A stretch of 38,845 nucleotides of DNA from Arcobacteraceae bacterium. GTDB lineage: Bacteria > Campylobacterota > Campylobacteria > Campylobacterales > Arcobacteraceae. Position 1 is the stretch's first letter, and every line of letters begins with the position of its first letter. Below are positions 9,345 to 17,872 of the stretch, in pieces. A program made the translations under genes and the position numbers. Under the pieces are notes generated by a model that saw only the letters and a program-made list of their open reading frames with translations, had not been told where the DNA came from and did not search any database. The stretch covers positions 1 through 38,845 of the forward strand of contig CBDCZH010000024.1 in NCBI GenBank assembly GCA_965224485.1, read 5' to 3'.

Positions 9345-9581
9345 TTACTTATCAATTGATTTAATAAAACCAATCATAGATGAAGTATTTTCATCATTCA
9401 AGTATGATTCAACTGCTATATCTATATTGTTAATCATTTCTGTATTTTGTGATAACTGTTCATATTTTTTTAGCATCATGTTTATTTGAGGAAGAGTTTG
9501 AATTGCAATAGATTTTGCTTTTTCACTTTTTACACTTTCAAGTTCGAATTTTAACTCTTTTAATCTTGTCATTGTACTCAT
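9345..9581 (-). CDS. Hypothetical protein (78 aa)
   Basis: ORF with AGGGG RBS filling the intergenic gap; no recognisable motif. Confidence 0.65.
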   Translation of the reverse strand: MSTMTRLKELKFELESVKSEKAKSIAIQTLPQINMMLKKYEQLSQNTEMINNIDIAVESYLNDENTSSMIGFIKSIDK

Positions 9582-9698
9582 TGTATACCCCTTGCAAAAA
9601 TTATATAGTATAAATATATCACAAAATACAAGGAGTAAAGGACTTTAAATTCATAAATAATATGTTTTTAAATAAAAAAAGCTAAGGTAAAGAAATGC

Positions 9699-11093
9699 TT
9701 ACTTTGCGTAAGTCATCTCTTCTGGTTTAATATAATTATCGAACTCTTCTTCACTTAAGAAGCCTAACTTCAGAGCTTCTTCTTTTAATGTTGTTCCATT
9801 TTTATGGGCAGTTTTTGCTATTTTTGCAGCATTTTCATAACCAATATGAGGATTTAAAGCTGTAACTAACATTAAAGAATCATTTAAATAAGCTTTGATG
9901 TTTTTTAAATTAGGTTCTATTCCTATTGCACATTTATTGTTAAATGCTTTCATCGTATCACTTAGAAGTTTAATTGATTGTAATAAGTTATAAGCAATCA
10001 CTGGTTTAAATACGTTAAGCTCAAAGTTACCTTGAGAAGCAGCAATTCCAATAGTTGTATGATTTCCCATAACTTGAACTGCTACCATAGTCATAGCTTC
10101 ACTTTGTGTTGGGTTTACTTTTCCTGGCATTATAGAACTTCCTGGTTCATTTGCTGGAATATTAAGTTCACCTATTGCACAACGTGGTCCTGAACTTAAC
10201 CATCTAATATCATTTGCAATTTTCATTAAATTAGCTGCAAGAGCATTTAGAGCTCCACTTAAAACAACTTCTCCATCATGTGAAGTTAAAGCATGAAACT
10301 TATTTGGATGAGAAACAAATTTATAAGAACTATTTGTAAGTTCATTTAAAACTTCACAAACCATTGGTGAGAAATTTGGATGGGAATTAAGACCAGTTCC
10401 TACAGCTGTTCCCCCAATTGCTAGTTCTTGTAAGTATTTCATAGAATCATCAACTTGCATTAATGCTTTATTTAACATATCTACATAAGCTGAAAATTCT
10501 TGTCCTAATGTTAAAGGAGTTGCATCTTGTAAGTGTGTTCTTCCAATTTTTACTATGTCTTTAAACTCTTTAGTTTTTAACTCAAAAGTTTCTTTTAAAA
10601 GTTTGATAGCAGGAATTAATTGTTTTTGAATTTCAAGTATAAAAGATATTCTCATAGCAGTTGGAAAAGTATCGTTTGAACTTTGTCCTTTATTTACATC
10701 ATCATTTGGATGAATCAATCTATTTTTTCTAAAATCAGATCCAAGAAGTTCTGTTGCTCTTGAAGAAATTACTTCATTCATATTCATATTAGATTGAGTT
10801 CCAGATCCTGTTTGCCAAACTACTAAAGGAAAATTACCTTCAAGTTTTTTATCAATTATTTCATCACAAGCTTCTGAAATAGCATTTGTTGTTTTTTCAT
10901 CTAATCTATCAAGTTTATTATTTACAAGTGCGCATGCTTTTTTTAAATAAGCAAAACCTTCAATTATTTCACTTGGCATTTTTTCATTACCAATAGGAAA
11001 ATTTTCAATACTTCTTTGAGTTTGAGCTGCCCAATAAGCATCTTTTGGTACTTTTATTTCACCCATAGTGTCTTTTTCAATTCTGTAATCCAT
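9699..11093 (-). CDS. fumC: Class II fumarate hydratase
   Basis: [45 protein letters not shown] signature. Confidence 0.98.
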   Translation of the reverse strand: MDYRIEKDTMGEIKVPKDAYWAAQTQRSIENFPIGNEKMPSEIIEGFAYLKKACALVNNKLDRLDEKTTNAISEACDEIIDKKLEGNFPLVVWQTGSGTQSNMNMNEVISSRATELLGSDFRKNRLIHPNDDVNKGQSSNDTFPTAMRISFILEIQKQLIPAIKLLKETFELKTKEFKDIVKIGRTHLQDATPLTLGQEFSAYVDMLNKALMQVDDSMKYLQELAIGGTAVGTGLNSHPNFSPMVCEVLNELTNSSYKFVSHPNKFHALTSHDGEVVLSGALNALAANLMKIANDIRWLSSGPRCAIGELNIPANEPGSSIMPGKVNPTQSEAMTMVAVQVMGNHTTIGIAASQGNFELNVFKPVIAYNLLQSIKLLSDTMKAFNNKCAIGIEPNLKNIKAYLNDSLMLVTALNPHIGYENAAKIAKTAHKNGTTLKEEALKLGFLSEEEFDNYIKPEEMTYAK

Positions 11094-11116
11094 AAGTATC
11101 CTTTTAATTTAAGAAA

Positions 11117-11156
11117 ATTATAACAGATAGTAAATTAATTTTGATAATTAATATTA
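11117..11156 (-). promoter_or_regulatory. fumC promoter (extended -10 TGtTATAAT) with Fur/PerR-like box near -35
   Basis: ATTATA at 11117-11122 followed by ACA; TGATAATTAATATTA at 11142-11156 matches 12 of 14 defined positions of TGATAAT-N-ATTATCA. Confidence 0.45.
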
Positions 11157-11195
11157 ACTTACTTGACTTAAATAAGTTAATTTTTAGTAATTAGT

Positions 11196-11226
11196 ATAAA
11201 ATAGAGTGCAAAACACTCTATTTTAT
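11196..11226 (-). terminator. Intrinsic terminator after class I fumarase
   Basis: ATAAAATAGAGTG-CAAAA-CACTCTATTTTAT, 13-bp stem. Confidence 0.75.
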
Positions 11227-11243
11227 TTGTATAAATAAGTTGA

Positions 11244-12734
11244 TTATATAGTTCTAAATTTAGCAGGTCCAGTTGTATGAATTGATACACCTTGTGTATC
11301 AACAGCAACAGTTACAGGCATATCTACTACATCAAACTCATAAATAGCTTCCATTCCCATTTCTTCAAAAGCAACAACTTTAGCTTCTTTAATACTTTGA
11401 GAGATTAAATAAGCAGCTCCTCCTGTTGCAATTAAATACATTGATTTGTATTCTTTAATTAAATCAATAGTAGGCTGTTTTCTCTCAGCTTTTCCAATCA
11501 TTCCTAGAATTCCGATTTCCATCATGTCTTTTGTAAACTTATCCATTCTTGTTGCCGTTGTAGGACCTGCTGGTCCAACAGCTTCTTTTCCAACTGGATC
11601 AACTGGTCCAACATAATAAATAAATCTATCTTTTAGCTCCAAACCATTAGGCAAGGCTTTTCCTGCCTTTCTGTATTCAACTATTTTTTTATGAGCAGCA
11701 TCTCTTGCTGTTAAGATTTTACCTGTTAATAAAAGAGTATCACCTGATTTAAATTGAGATAAGTTATCTTGAGTTAAATCTTTAATATTTACTTTTTTAA
11801 TACTATCCATTGGTAGTTCTAAATCTGGCCATAAGTCTAAGTTAGGTTTTTTAAAAATAGCAGGACCATCTCCTTTAAGTTCAAAATGTATATGTCTTGT
11901 AGCTGCACAGTTAGGTATCATAGCGACAGGCAGCGACGCGGCATGACAGGGATAATCAAGAATTTTAACATCTAAAACAGTCGTAAGTCCTCCTAAACCT
12001 TGAGCTCCAATACCAATTTTATTGATATCTTCGTATAATTTAAGTCTTAACTCTTCTAAGGCAGTTTTAGCTCCTCTTGCTTTTAATTCATGAATATTAA
12101 CTTCACTCATTAAAGACTCTTTTGCTAATAACATTGATTTTTCTGGGTTTCCACCAATTCCAATTCCAATAATTCCAGGAGGACACCAACCAGCACCCAT
12201 ATTTCTAGCATTTTCCATAACCCAATCATAAATACTATCACTTGGATTTAAAACAGCAAATTTAGATTTGTTTTCACTACCTCCACCTTTAGCAGCAACA
12301 GTAATATCAATAGTATCTCCATTATTAACACTTACATGAATAACAGCAGGAGTATTGTCTTTTGTATTTACTCGTTTACCAGCAGGATCAGAAACAATAG
12401 AATATCTTAATGTATTACTAGGGTCTTTATAACCTAAAGCTACACCTTCATTTATAATATCATTAAGCTCTTTTGTTATTTCTAAAGGAGCATTTAAACC
12501 AACTTTTACAAAAACATTAATAGAACCTGTATCTTGGCAAAGGGGTCTATGACCCATAGCACACATTTTAGAGTTTATTAATATTTGCCCAATTGCATTT
12601 TTAGCAGACTCCCCTTGCTCATTTTCATAAGCTTCAACCATGGCTTTTACAAAATCCTCTGGATGGTAATATGAAATATACTGAATAGCATCAGCTACAC
12701 TTTGTTTTATGTCATTTTCTGTGATTTTTTTCAT
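11244..12734 (-). CDS. fumA: Class I (Fe-S) fumarate hydratase, fused alpha/beta type
   Basis: RPLCQDTG, KGGGSENKS, AGWCPPG, PNCAATRH, ARDAAHK, GPAGPTTATRMD motifs. Confidence 0.93.
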   Translation of the reverse strand: MKKITENDIKQSVADAIQYISYYHPEDFVKAMVEAYENEQGESAKNAIGQILINSKMCAMGHRPLCQDTGSINVFVKVGLNAPLEITKELNDIINEGVALGYKDPSNTLRYSIVSDPAGKRVNTKDNTPAVIHVSVNNGDTIDITVAAKGGGSENKSKFAVLNPSDSIYDWVMENARNMGAGWCPPGIIGIGIGGNPEKSMLLAKESLMSEVNIHELKARGAKTALEELRLKLYEDINKIGIGAQGLGGLTTVLDVKILDYPCHAASLPVAMIPNCAATRHIHFELKGDGPAIFKKPNLDLWPDLELPMDSIKKVNIKDLTQDNLSQFKSGDTLLLTGKILTARDAAHKKIVEYRKAGKALPNGLELKDRFIYYVGPVDPVGKEAVGPAGPTTATRMDKFTKDMMEIGILGMIGKAERKQPTIDLIKEYKSMYLIATGGAAYLISQSIKEAKVVAFEEMGMEAIYEFDVVDMPVTVAVDTQGVSIHTTGPAKFRTI

Positions 12735-12853
12735 TTATTCTTATGCCCCTTTTATAATAATTTAGTGTAAATTATATCTAAACTTAGCTATAAACAAGTA
12801 TTCTTAAGGAGGTCTCACACTTCTTCCTTGTTACGTTATTACACGAAAGAAGT

Positions 12854-13597
12854 TTATATATTTGTTATAAAAACTTTTTTAACTGTACCTTTAAAATATA
12901 TTTTTTCATCTATTTTACTAATACTTAGCTCTTCTTTGCTCTTAGGATAAACAAAGGTTTTATCTTCTACAAGATTTAACTCTTTTGCTCTTAAAAAACA
13001 AGCTACCATTCCTGTTCCACAAGCTAAAGTTTCACCTTCAACTCCTCTTTCATATGTTCTTACATAAATCTTTTTATCTTTTATGCAAGCAAAATTTACA
13101 TTTGCATTATATTCATATCTCATTTTTGAACATAAGTCATGATTATAAGAGTTTAAATCATTAACTAAAGTAACTAAGTGAGGAACTCCCGTATCAATTA
13201 AAAACCAAGTAAAACCATCTTGTGTGAAGTTCTCTTTTAAAATGTTAGGTTTTGTCATTTGTGTTTGTACAATGTTTCCATTTACTTCACAAGAAATTTT
13301 TCCTGCTTTTGTTAGAAAGGTAAGGTTTTTATTAGCTAAATTGTTTGTATAAGCATAATGGGCACAAGCTCTAGTTCCATTTCCACACATGGAGGCTACA
13401 CTTCCATCACTGTTATAAAATAACCATTGAAAATCAATACCGTCTTTTTCACAAGGAAGTAACACTATTAAACCATCAGCTCCAATACCCTCCGTTCTTG
13501 AACATAAAGAGATAGCTTCTTGTGAATAATCTTTATTTATGAAACTATGAAAAATCACAAAGTCATTTCCACTTGCACTATATTTTGTATATGTCAT
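12854..13597 (-). CDS. dapF: Diaminopimelate epimerase
   Basis: KYSASGNDF, GIGADG, NSDGS.ASMCGNG, TGVPH, RTYERGVEGETLACGTG. Confidence 0.97.
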   Translation of the reverse strand: MTYTKYSASGNDFVIFHSFINKDYSQEAISLCSRTEGIGADGLIVLLPCEKDGIDFQWLFYNSDGSVASMCGNGTRACAHYAYTNNLANKNLTFLTKAGKISCEVNGNIVQTQMTKPNILKENFTQDGFTWFLIDTGVPHLVTLVNDLNSYNHDLCSKMRYEYNANVNFACIKDKKIYVRTYERGVEGETLACGTGMVACFLRAKELNLVEDKTFVYPKSKEELSISKIDEKIYFKGTVKKVFITNI

Positions 13598-14184
13598 AAA
13601 ATCTCTCCTATTACTCTTTCAATTTCGTTTTGCAAAGCTTTTAAATTGTATGAGTTATCAATAATATAATCAGCTTTTGTTTTTTTATCTTCTATATCCA
13701 TTTGATTTGATATTTTTAGTTTTGCTTCTTCTTCATCTATTTTATCTCTTAACATTAAACGTTTTACTTGTAAGTTTTTTGGAGTATATACTACTAAGCA
13801 TTTATCAATTTCATAGTTCATCTTTTCAAAAAAAAGTGGAATATCTATAAAATATGGTTTAGCTGCTTTTTCAAATATAAGAGATTCTTTTACAATTTGT
13901 TTTTTTATTAATGGGTGAATAAAAGCCTCAAGTTTTAACTTATTTCTTTCATTTGAGAAAATTATTTTTCCTAAATCTTTTCTTAGGACTTTTCCATCTT
14001 TTACATATTCTCTTCCAAACATATTTGCAATAATACTAGAGTTTTCATCTAAAAGTTTATGTGCAATTTGATCAGCATCAATTGTTAAAAAACCATGAAG
14101 TTTTAATAAAGAACATGCAGTACTTTTTCCTGTTGCTATTCCACCTGTTAAAGCAATAGCATGTGTAAACATTTTTTTATTCAT
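13594..14184 (-). CDS. coaE: Dephospho-CoA kinase
   Basis: IALTGGIATGKS P-loop, IDAD, IHPLI, DIPLFFE; 4-bp overlap with dapF. Confidence 0.96.
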   Translation of the reverse strand: MNKKMFTHAIALTGGIATGKSTACSLLKLHGFLTIDADQIAHKLLDENSSIIANMFGREYVKDGKVLRKDLGKIIFSNERNKLKLEAFIHPLIKKQIVKESLIFEKAAKPYFIDIPLFFEKMNYEIDKCLVVYTPKNLQVKRLMLRDKIDEEEAKLKISNQMDIEDKKTKADYIIDNSYNLKALQNEIERVIGEIL

Positions 14185-14252
14185 GTAAAACTTTACAATA
14201 ATTTAAATTTAAAGAAGATTTAGGAAGTTTCTTGTGCAAAGTACTGCAAAGC

Positions 14253-14807
14253 TTATCGCTTTGCAATACCTGTTAAGTCTTTAGTTATATATGCAGGAAA
14301 AACAAAAGAAGCATGTTGTACTTCTGTTGAATAATAATTTAAATCATCTAATAAATCAGATCTTTGTAAAATTATATCTGCTGTTGGATGGTATTTCTTA
14401 GATGCTAAGATAGCTGTTGTATGACCAAAAGAAAAAGGCATAACAATCCAGAAACTTTCACCAACACAGAGTAAATCTGCTTTTAATTTATCGGCATCTT
14501 TAGTATAAGAAGTAGATTTTAAAGTAAATAAACCATCATCTTTTAATATTTTATTAATATTTGCCAATAATAATGCATCAACTTTTCCACTTGTTAAAAT
14601 TACAAGATCAAGGTCTTTTTGATCATAGGCTTTCAATCCATCTAAATCGCTGTATATTACACTTAATTTATGCTTGCTTACTTCTTCTTTGAAATCTTCA
14701 TCAATATTACCCACAACTAAGATCTTACTAGCCTCTTTATGTGTACATAAAGGTACATGAACCATCATTTCATTAAATGAAAAATTCTTATTTTCAACAC
14801 TTGACAT
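14253..14807 (-). CDS. Short spermidine-synthase-like protein (degenerate)
   Basis: FNEMMVHVPLCTH and ASKKYHP...YYSTEVQHASFVFP resemble SpeE; only 184 aa and lacking the GGGDG motif; AAAGGA RBS. Confidence 0.75.
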   Translation of the reverse strand: MSSVENKNFSFNEMMVHVPLCTHKEASKILVVGNIDEDFKEEVSKHKLSVIYSDLDGLKAYDQKDLDLVILTSGKVDALLLANINKILKDDGLFTLKSTSYTKDADKLKADLLCVGESFWIVMPFSFGHTTAILASKKYHPTADIILQRSDLLDDLNYYSTEVQHASFVFPAYITKDLTGIAKR

Positions 14808-14873
14808 TAAGACGTCCTTTTATTAATTTTTTGTTATAATACCAAAAAATTTTTAAACTAAGAGGAGAATATT

Positions 14874-15086
14874 ATGTATGCACAAAAATTACAGAGAATT
14901 TTAATGTCAGTGATGCTAATGTTATCACTTTATTTGATAAGTATAAATTCAATTTTCGGAATTATCTTGCAAGTGTTTGTGATTTTAATGCTCTTAATTT
15001 GGGCATTTACAGATTTTTGCCCTTCATTATGGATGTTTTCTAAATTGTTTAAAAATTGTAAAAAAAAATGTGAAGAGGTTAAATAA
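14874..15086 (+). CDS. Small membrane protein (DUF2892/YgaP-like)
   Basis: GAGGAG RBS, two hydrophobic segments followed by FCP motif; abuts purM (TAAATG). Confidence 0.7.
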   Translation: MYAQKLQRILMSVMLMLSLYLISINSIFGIILQVFVILMLLIWAFTDFCPSLWMFSKLFKNCKKKCEEVK

Positions 15087-16082
15087 ATGAGCACAGTTAG
15101 CTATAAAGATGCAGGAGTAGATATTGATGCAGGGAATGCTTTTGTAGAAAATATTAAACCTTATGTAAAATCAACAAAGATTCCTGGTGTTTTAGGTGGT
15201 ATTGGTTCATTTGCAGGTGCTTTTGAATTACCAAGTGGTTATAAAAAGCCAGTTTTACTTTCAGGAACAGATGGTGTTGGAACAAAACTAAAACTTGCAA
15301 TTGATACAAAAATATTTGATACAGTTGGTATTGATTTAGTTGCAATGTGTACAAATGATTTATTATGTAACTTTGGTGAACCTTTGTTTTTCTTAGATTA
15401 TTATGCAACAGCTAAACTTAATGTGGAAGAAGCAAGTGCAGTTGTAAAAGGAATAGCTGAGGGTTGTATTAGATCTGAATGTGCCTTAGTTGGTGGGGAA
15501 ACTGCTGAAATGCCGGGAATGTATAAAGAGGGTGATTTCGATTTAGCTGGTTTTTGTGTTGGAATTGCAGAAAAAGATGAATTAGATAGAATTCAAAGAG
15601 TTGAAGCTGGTGATGTTTTAATGGCACTTCCCTCTTCAGGAATTCACTCAAATGGTTTCTCTTTAGTACGAAAACTATTATTAGAAAAACTAGGTATGAG
15701 TTTAGATGATGATTTTAATGGACGTGCTTTAAAACATGTTTTACTAGAACCAACTAGAATTTATGTAAAAGAATTTAAAGAAAATAAACAAAATATAAAT
15801 GCACTTGCACATATAACAGGTGGTGGAATTACTGAAAACTTACCTAGAGTTTTACCAGATCATTTAAAAGCTGTTGTAAAAAGAGACTCAATAAAAGTTT
15901 TACCTATTTTTGAATTAATGTCAAAACATGTTGAACTTGATGAAATGTATAGAGCATTTAATATGGGTGTTGGAATGGTATTAGTTGTAAATCCTTCAAA
16001 AGTTGATGCAGTTTTATCTTCAAGTGATGCTTATGTTATAGGTCATATTGAAGAAGGTTCTAAAGGTGTTGAATATATTTAA
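15087..16082 (+). CDS. purM: Phosphoribosylformylglycinamidine cyclo-ligase (AIR synthetase)
   Basis: SYKDAGVDIDAG, GTDGVGTK, GGETAEMPG, SSGIHSNGFSLVRK, HITGGG, FNMGVG. Confidence 0.98.
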   Translation: MSTVSYKDAGVDIDAGNAFVENIKPYVKSTKIPGVLGGIGSFAGAFELPSGYKKPVLLSGTDGVGTKLKLAIDTKIFDTVGIDLVAMCTNDLLCNFGEPLFFLDYYATAKLNVEEASAVVKGIAEGCIRSECALVGGETAEMPGMYKEGDFDLAGFCVGIAEKDELDRIQRVEAGDVLMALPSSGIHSNGFSLVRKLLLEKLGMSLDDDFNGRALKHVLLEPTRIYVKEFKENKQNINALAHITGGGITENLPRVLPDHLKAVVKRDSIKVLPIFELMSKHVELDEMYRAFNMGVGMVLVVNPSKVDAVLSSSDAYVIGHIEEGSKGVEYI

Positions 16083-16097
16083 AACTTTTTAACTTTT

Positions 16098-16131
16098 AAA
16101 AAAGGGTAACCATAATGGTTACCCTTTTTTT
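16098..16131. terminator. Bidirectional intrinsic terminator between purM and tpsB1
   Basis: AAAAAAGGGTAACCA-TAA-TGGTTACCCTTTTTT, perfect hairpin with A and T tracts on each side. Confidence 0.9.
16105..16122. repeat. Left copy of 18-bp direct repeat flanking the TPS block
   Basis: GGTAACCATAATGGTTAC; 17/18 identical to 31834-31851. Confidence 0.8.
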
Positions 16132-16167
16132 ATAGCTAAAAATTATTCTTAAGTAAAATCTATTTAC

Positions 16168-17865
16168 TTAAAAATTCATTCCTGTAAGAATTAAAACTCT
16201 AGAATTACTATCTTTTTCACTTGTGATTTCTTCATTATTAATTGCGCAAGCTGCTTGAATATTTAGGAAAAAATCTTTATAGTTTACATAATAAGCAAGT
16301 CCTATATCATGTAAAGTTCTTCTTTGATAATCTACACTATTATTAGCCATATAAGTGCTTCCTACATCATAAAATAGTCCTATAACACTAGATACTCCAG
16401 CTATTTTTTCTAAGGCATACTTAGCTTCAATATTAAATAAATATCCATTTTCAGCATTAATCTCTCCACTTGGATATAGTTTTACCCCATAAGCTCCACC
16501 TACAGAGAAATCTTCACTTCCATCTAAGTTCTTATTTCCAAGTGCATACTGAAAAGAAAATGAACTTTCAAGATAGAAGTTATTTGTGAAATACATATCT
16601 TCAGAAATCTCAAGATTAATCTTAGAAAAACTTCCTTGGGTATTTGCTCCCTTTTTATCATCATTCTTTTTATCTTTATCTTTAAAATCTAAGCTACCAT
16701 GACTTAGACTAAAAGATAGTTTTGTTTGATTTTCTATATCAAACCATACATCACTTTTATCATAATCTAAACCAATACTTATTATGTCTGATGTTTTTTC
16801 ACTTATATCATTTATACTTTTTGTTTCATCTTGAAGTTTATTACTTGCTAAATTTATATACGTATATAGATTTTCTAAGCGACTTCTATATACAGGATAA
16901 GATAAGTTTAAATTAAGAGATTTTGAATTTCCTTGGGCTTTTAAGTCTTTTAAATCTTTACTAAGATAATAACTTGTATCAGAGTAAGAAAGTTTGGCTT
17001 TTAGTCCACTATAATTTAAAGGCATACTATAAGAAATTGTTCCATTTACTAAATCTTCTCCATTACTTATTAAAGCAGAAAAAGATAATTTATCACCCAT
17101 ATTAAAAGGAGAGTTTATATTAAGTCCTCCCATTAATCTATCTCTTCCTGTGTAATATCCACCAAAGTTATCAGCTAATAAATAACCAGCATAAGCAGCT
17201 TTGGTACTAGAGCTAATATCAAAATCACTTGTTCCTACTTCTGAACCTGGCTTTACATTTGCCTTAGAAATTACAGCACCTGGTAAATCATTAATAAGTA
17301 ACATTGTTCGCTCTAAGGAAGCTTTATCAACAGAAGCAGTTCTTACACTTCCTGTTAGTTTCGTATTATCTAAGAAACCTTGAATAACAGAATCTTTTAT
17401 TAAAGAATTATTTGCAAGTCTAAACTTTCCATATTGCCCTTCAATTACATTAATCGTAAGAATATTATTTTTCATACTTTGTTTAGGAATATAAGCCCTA
17501 GCAACAAAATAACCTCTATTTCTATACTCTTTTGTAATAATAGAAGTTATATTTTGAAATTCTAGAAATGTAAACTTTCTATTTTTATATATTTTAAGAA
17601 GTTTATATAACTCTTTTTTATCTATATTAAAAGCATTTTTTATTATAAAATCTTTAATAAATACTTTTCTTCCACTTTTATCATCTTTCATAGCAGCACT
17701 GTATTTATTTATTCCAGATATATTTATTAATGGTTTTTTTTTCTTTTTTAAAATTTCGTTTGGAAGTTTAATTTCTTTTAGAACATCTGATATTCCAAGA
17801 GGAGCTGCTAGTAATACACTTGCAGAAACTACTGTAAGTATGATTATATTTTTTATTAATTTCAT
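16168..17865 (-). CDS. TpsB1, ShlB/FhaC/HecB-family two-partner secretion translocator
   Basis: Signal peptide, POTRA motif YRNRGYFVARAYIPKQ, LERTMLLINDLPG, DNFG...TG, NLDGSEDFSVGGAYGVKLYP, C-terminal Phe. Confidence 0.94.
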   Translation of the reverse strand: MKLIKNIIILTVVSASVLLAAPLGISDVLKEIKLPNEILKKKKKPLINISGINKYSAAMKDDKSGRKVFIKDFIIKNAFNIDKKELYKLLKIYKNRKFTFLEFQNITSIITKEYRNRGYFVARAYIPKQSMKNNILTINVIEGQYGKFRLANNSLIKDSVIQGFLDNTKLTGSVRTASVDKASLERTMLLINDLPGAVISKANVKPGSEVGTSDFDISSSTKAAYAGYLLADNFGGYYTGRDRLMGGLNINSPFNMGDKLSFSALISNGEDLVNGTISYSMPLNYSGLKAKLSYSDTSYYLSKDLKDLKAQGNSKSLNLNLSYPVYRSRLENLYTYINLASNKLQDETKSINDISEKTSDIISIGLDYDKSDVWFDIENQTKLSFSLSHGSLDFKDKDKKNDDKKGANTQGSFSKINLEISEDMYFTNNFYLESSFSFQYALGNKNLDGSEDFSVGGAYGVKLYPSGEINAENGYLFNIEAKYALEKIAGVSSVIGLFYDVGSTYMANNSVDYQRRTLHDIGLAYYVNYKDFFLNIQAACAINNEEITSEKDSNSRVLILTGMNF

Positions 17866-17872
17866 TTTATTC

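Noticed and set aside
17734..17749. T9 and T6 homopolymers near the tpsB1 5' end as a phase-variation tract
   Set aside because: The frame is intact, A/T runs are common at this base composition, and Campylobacterota contingency loci are typically poly-G/C.
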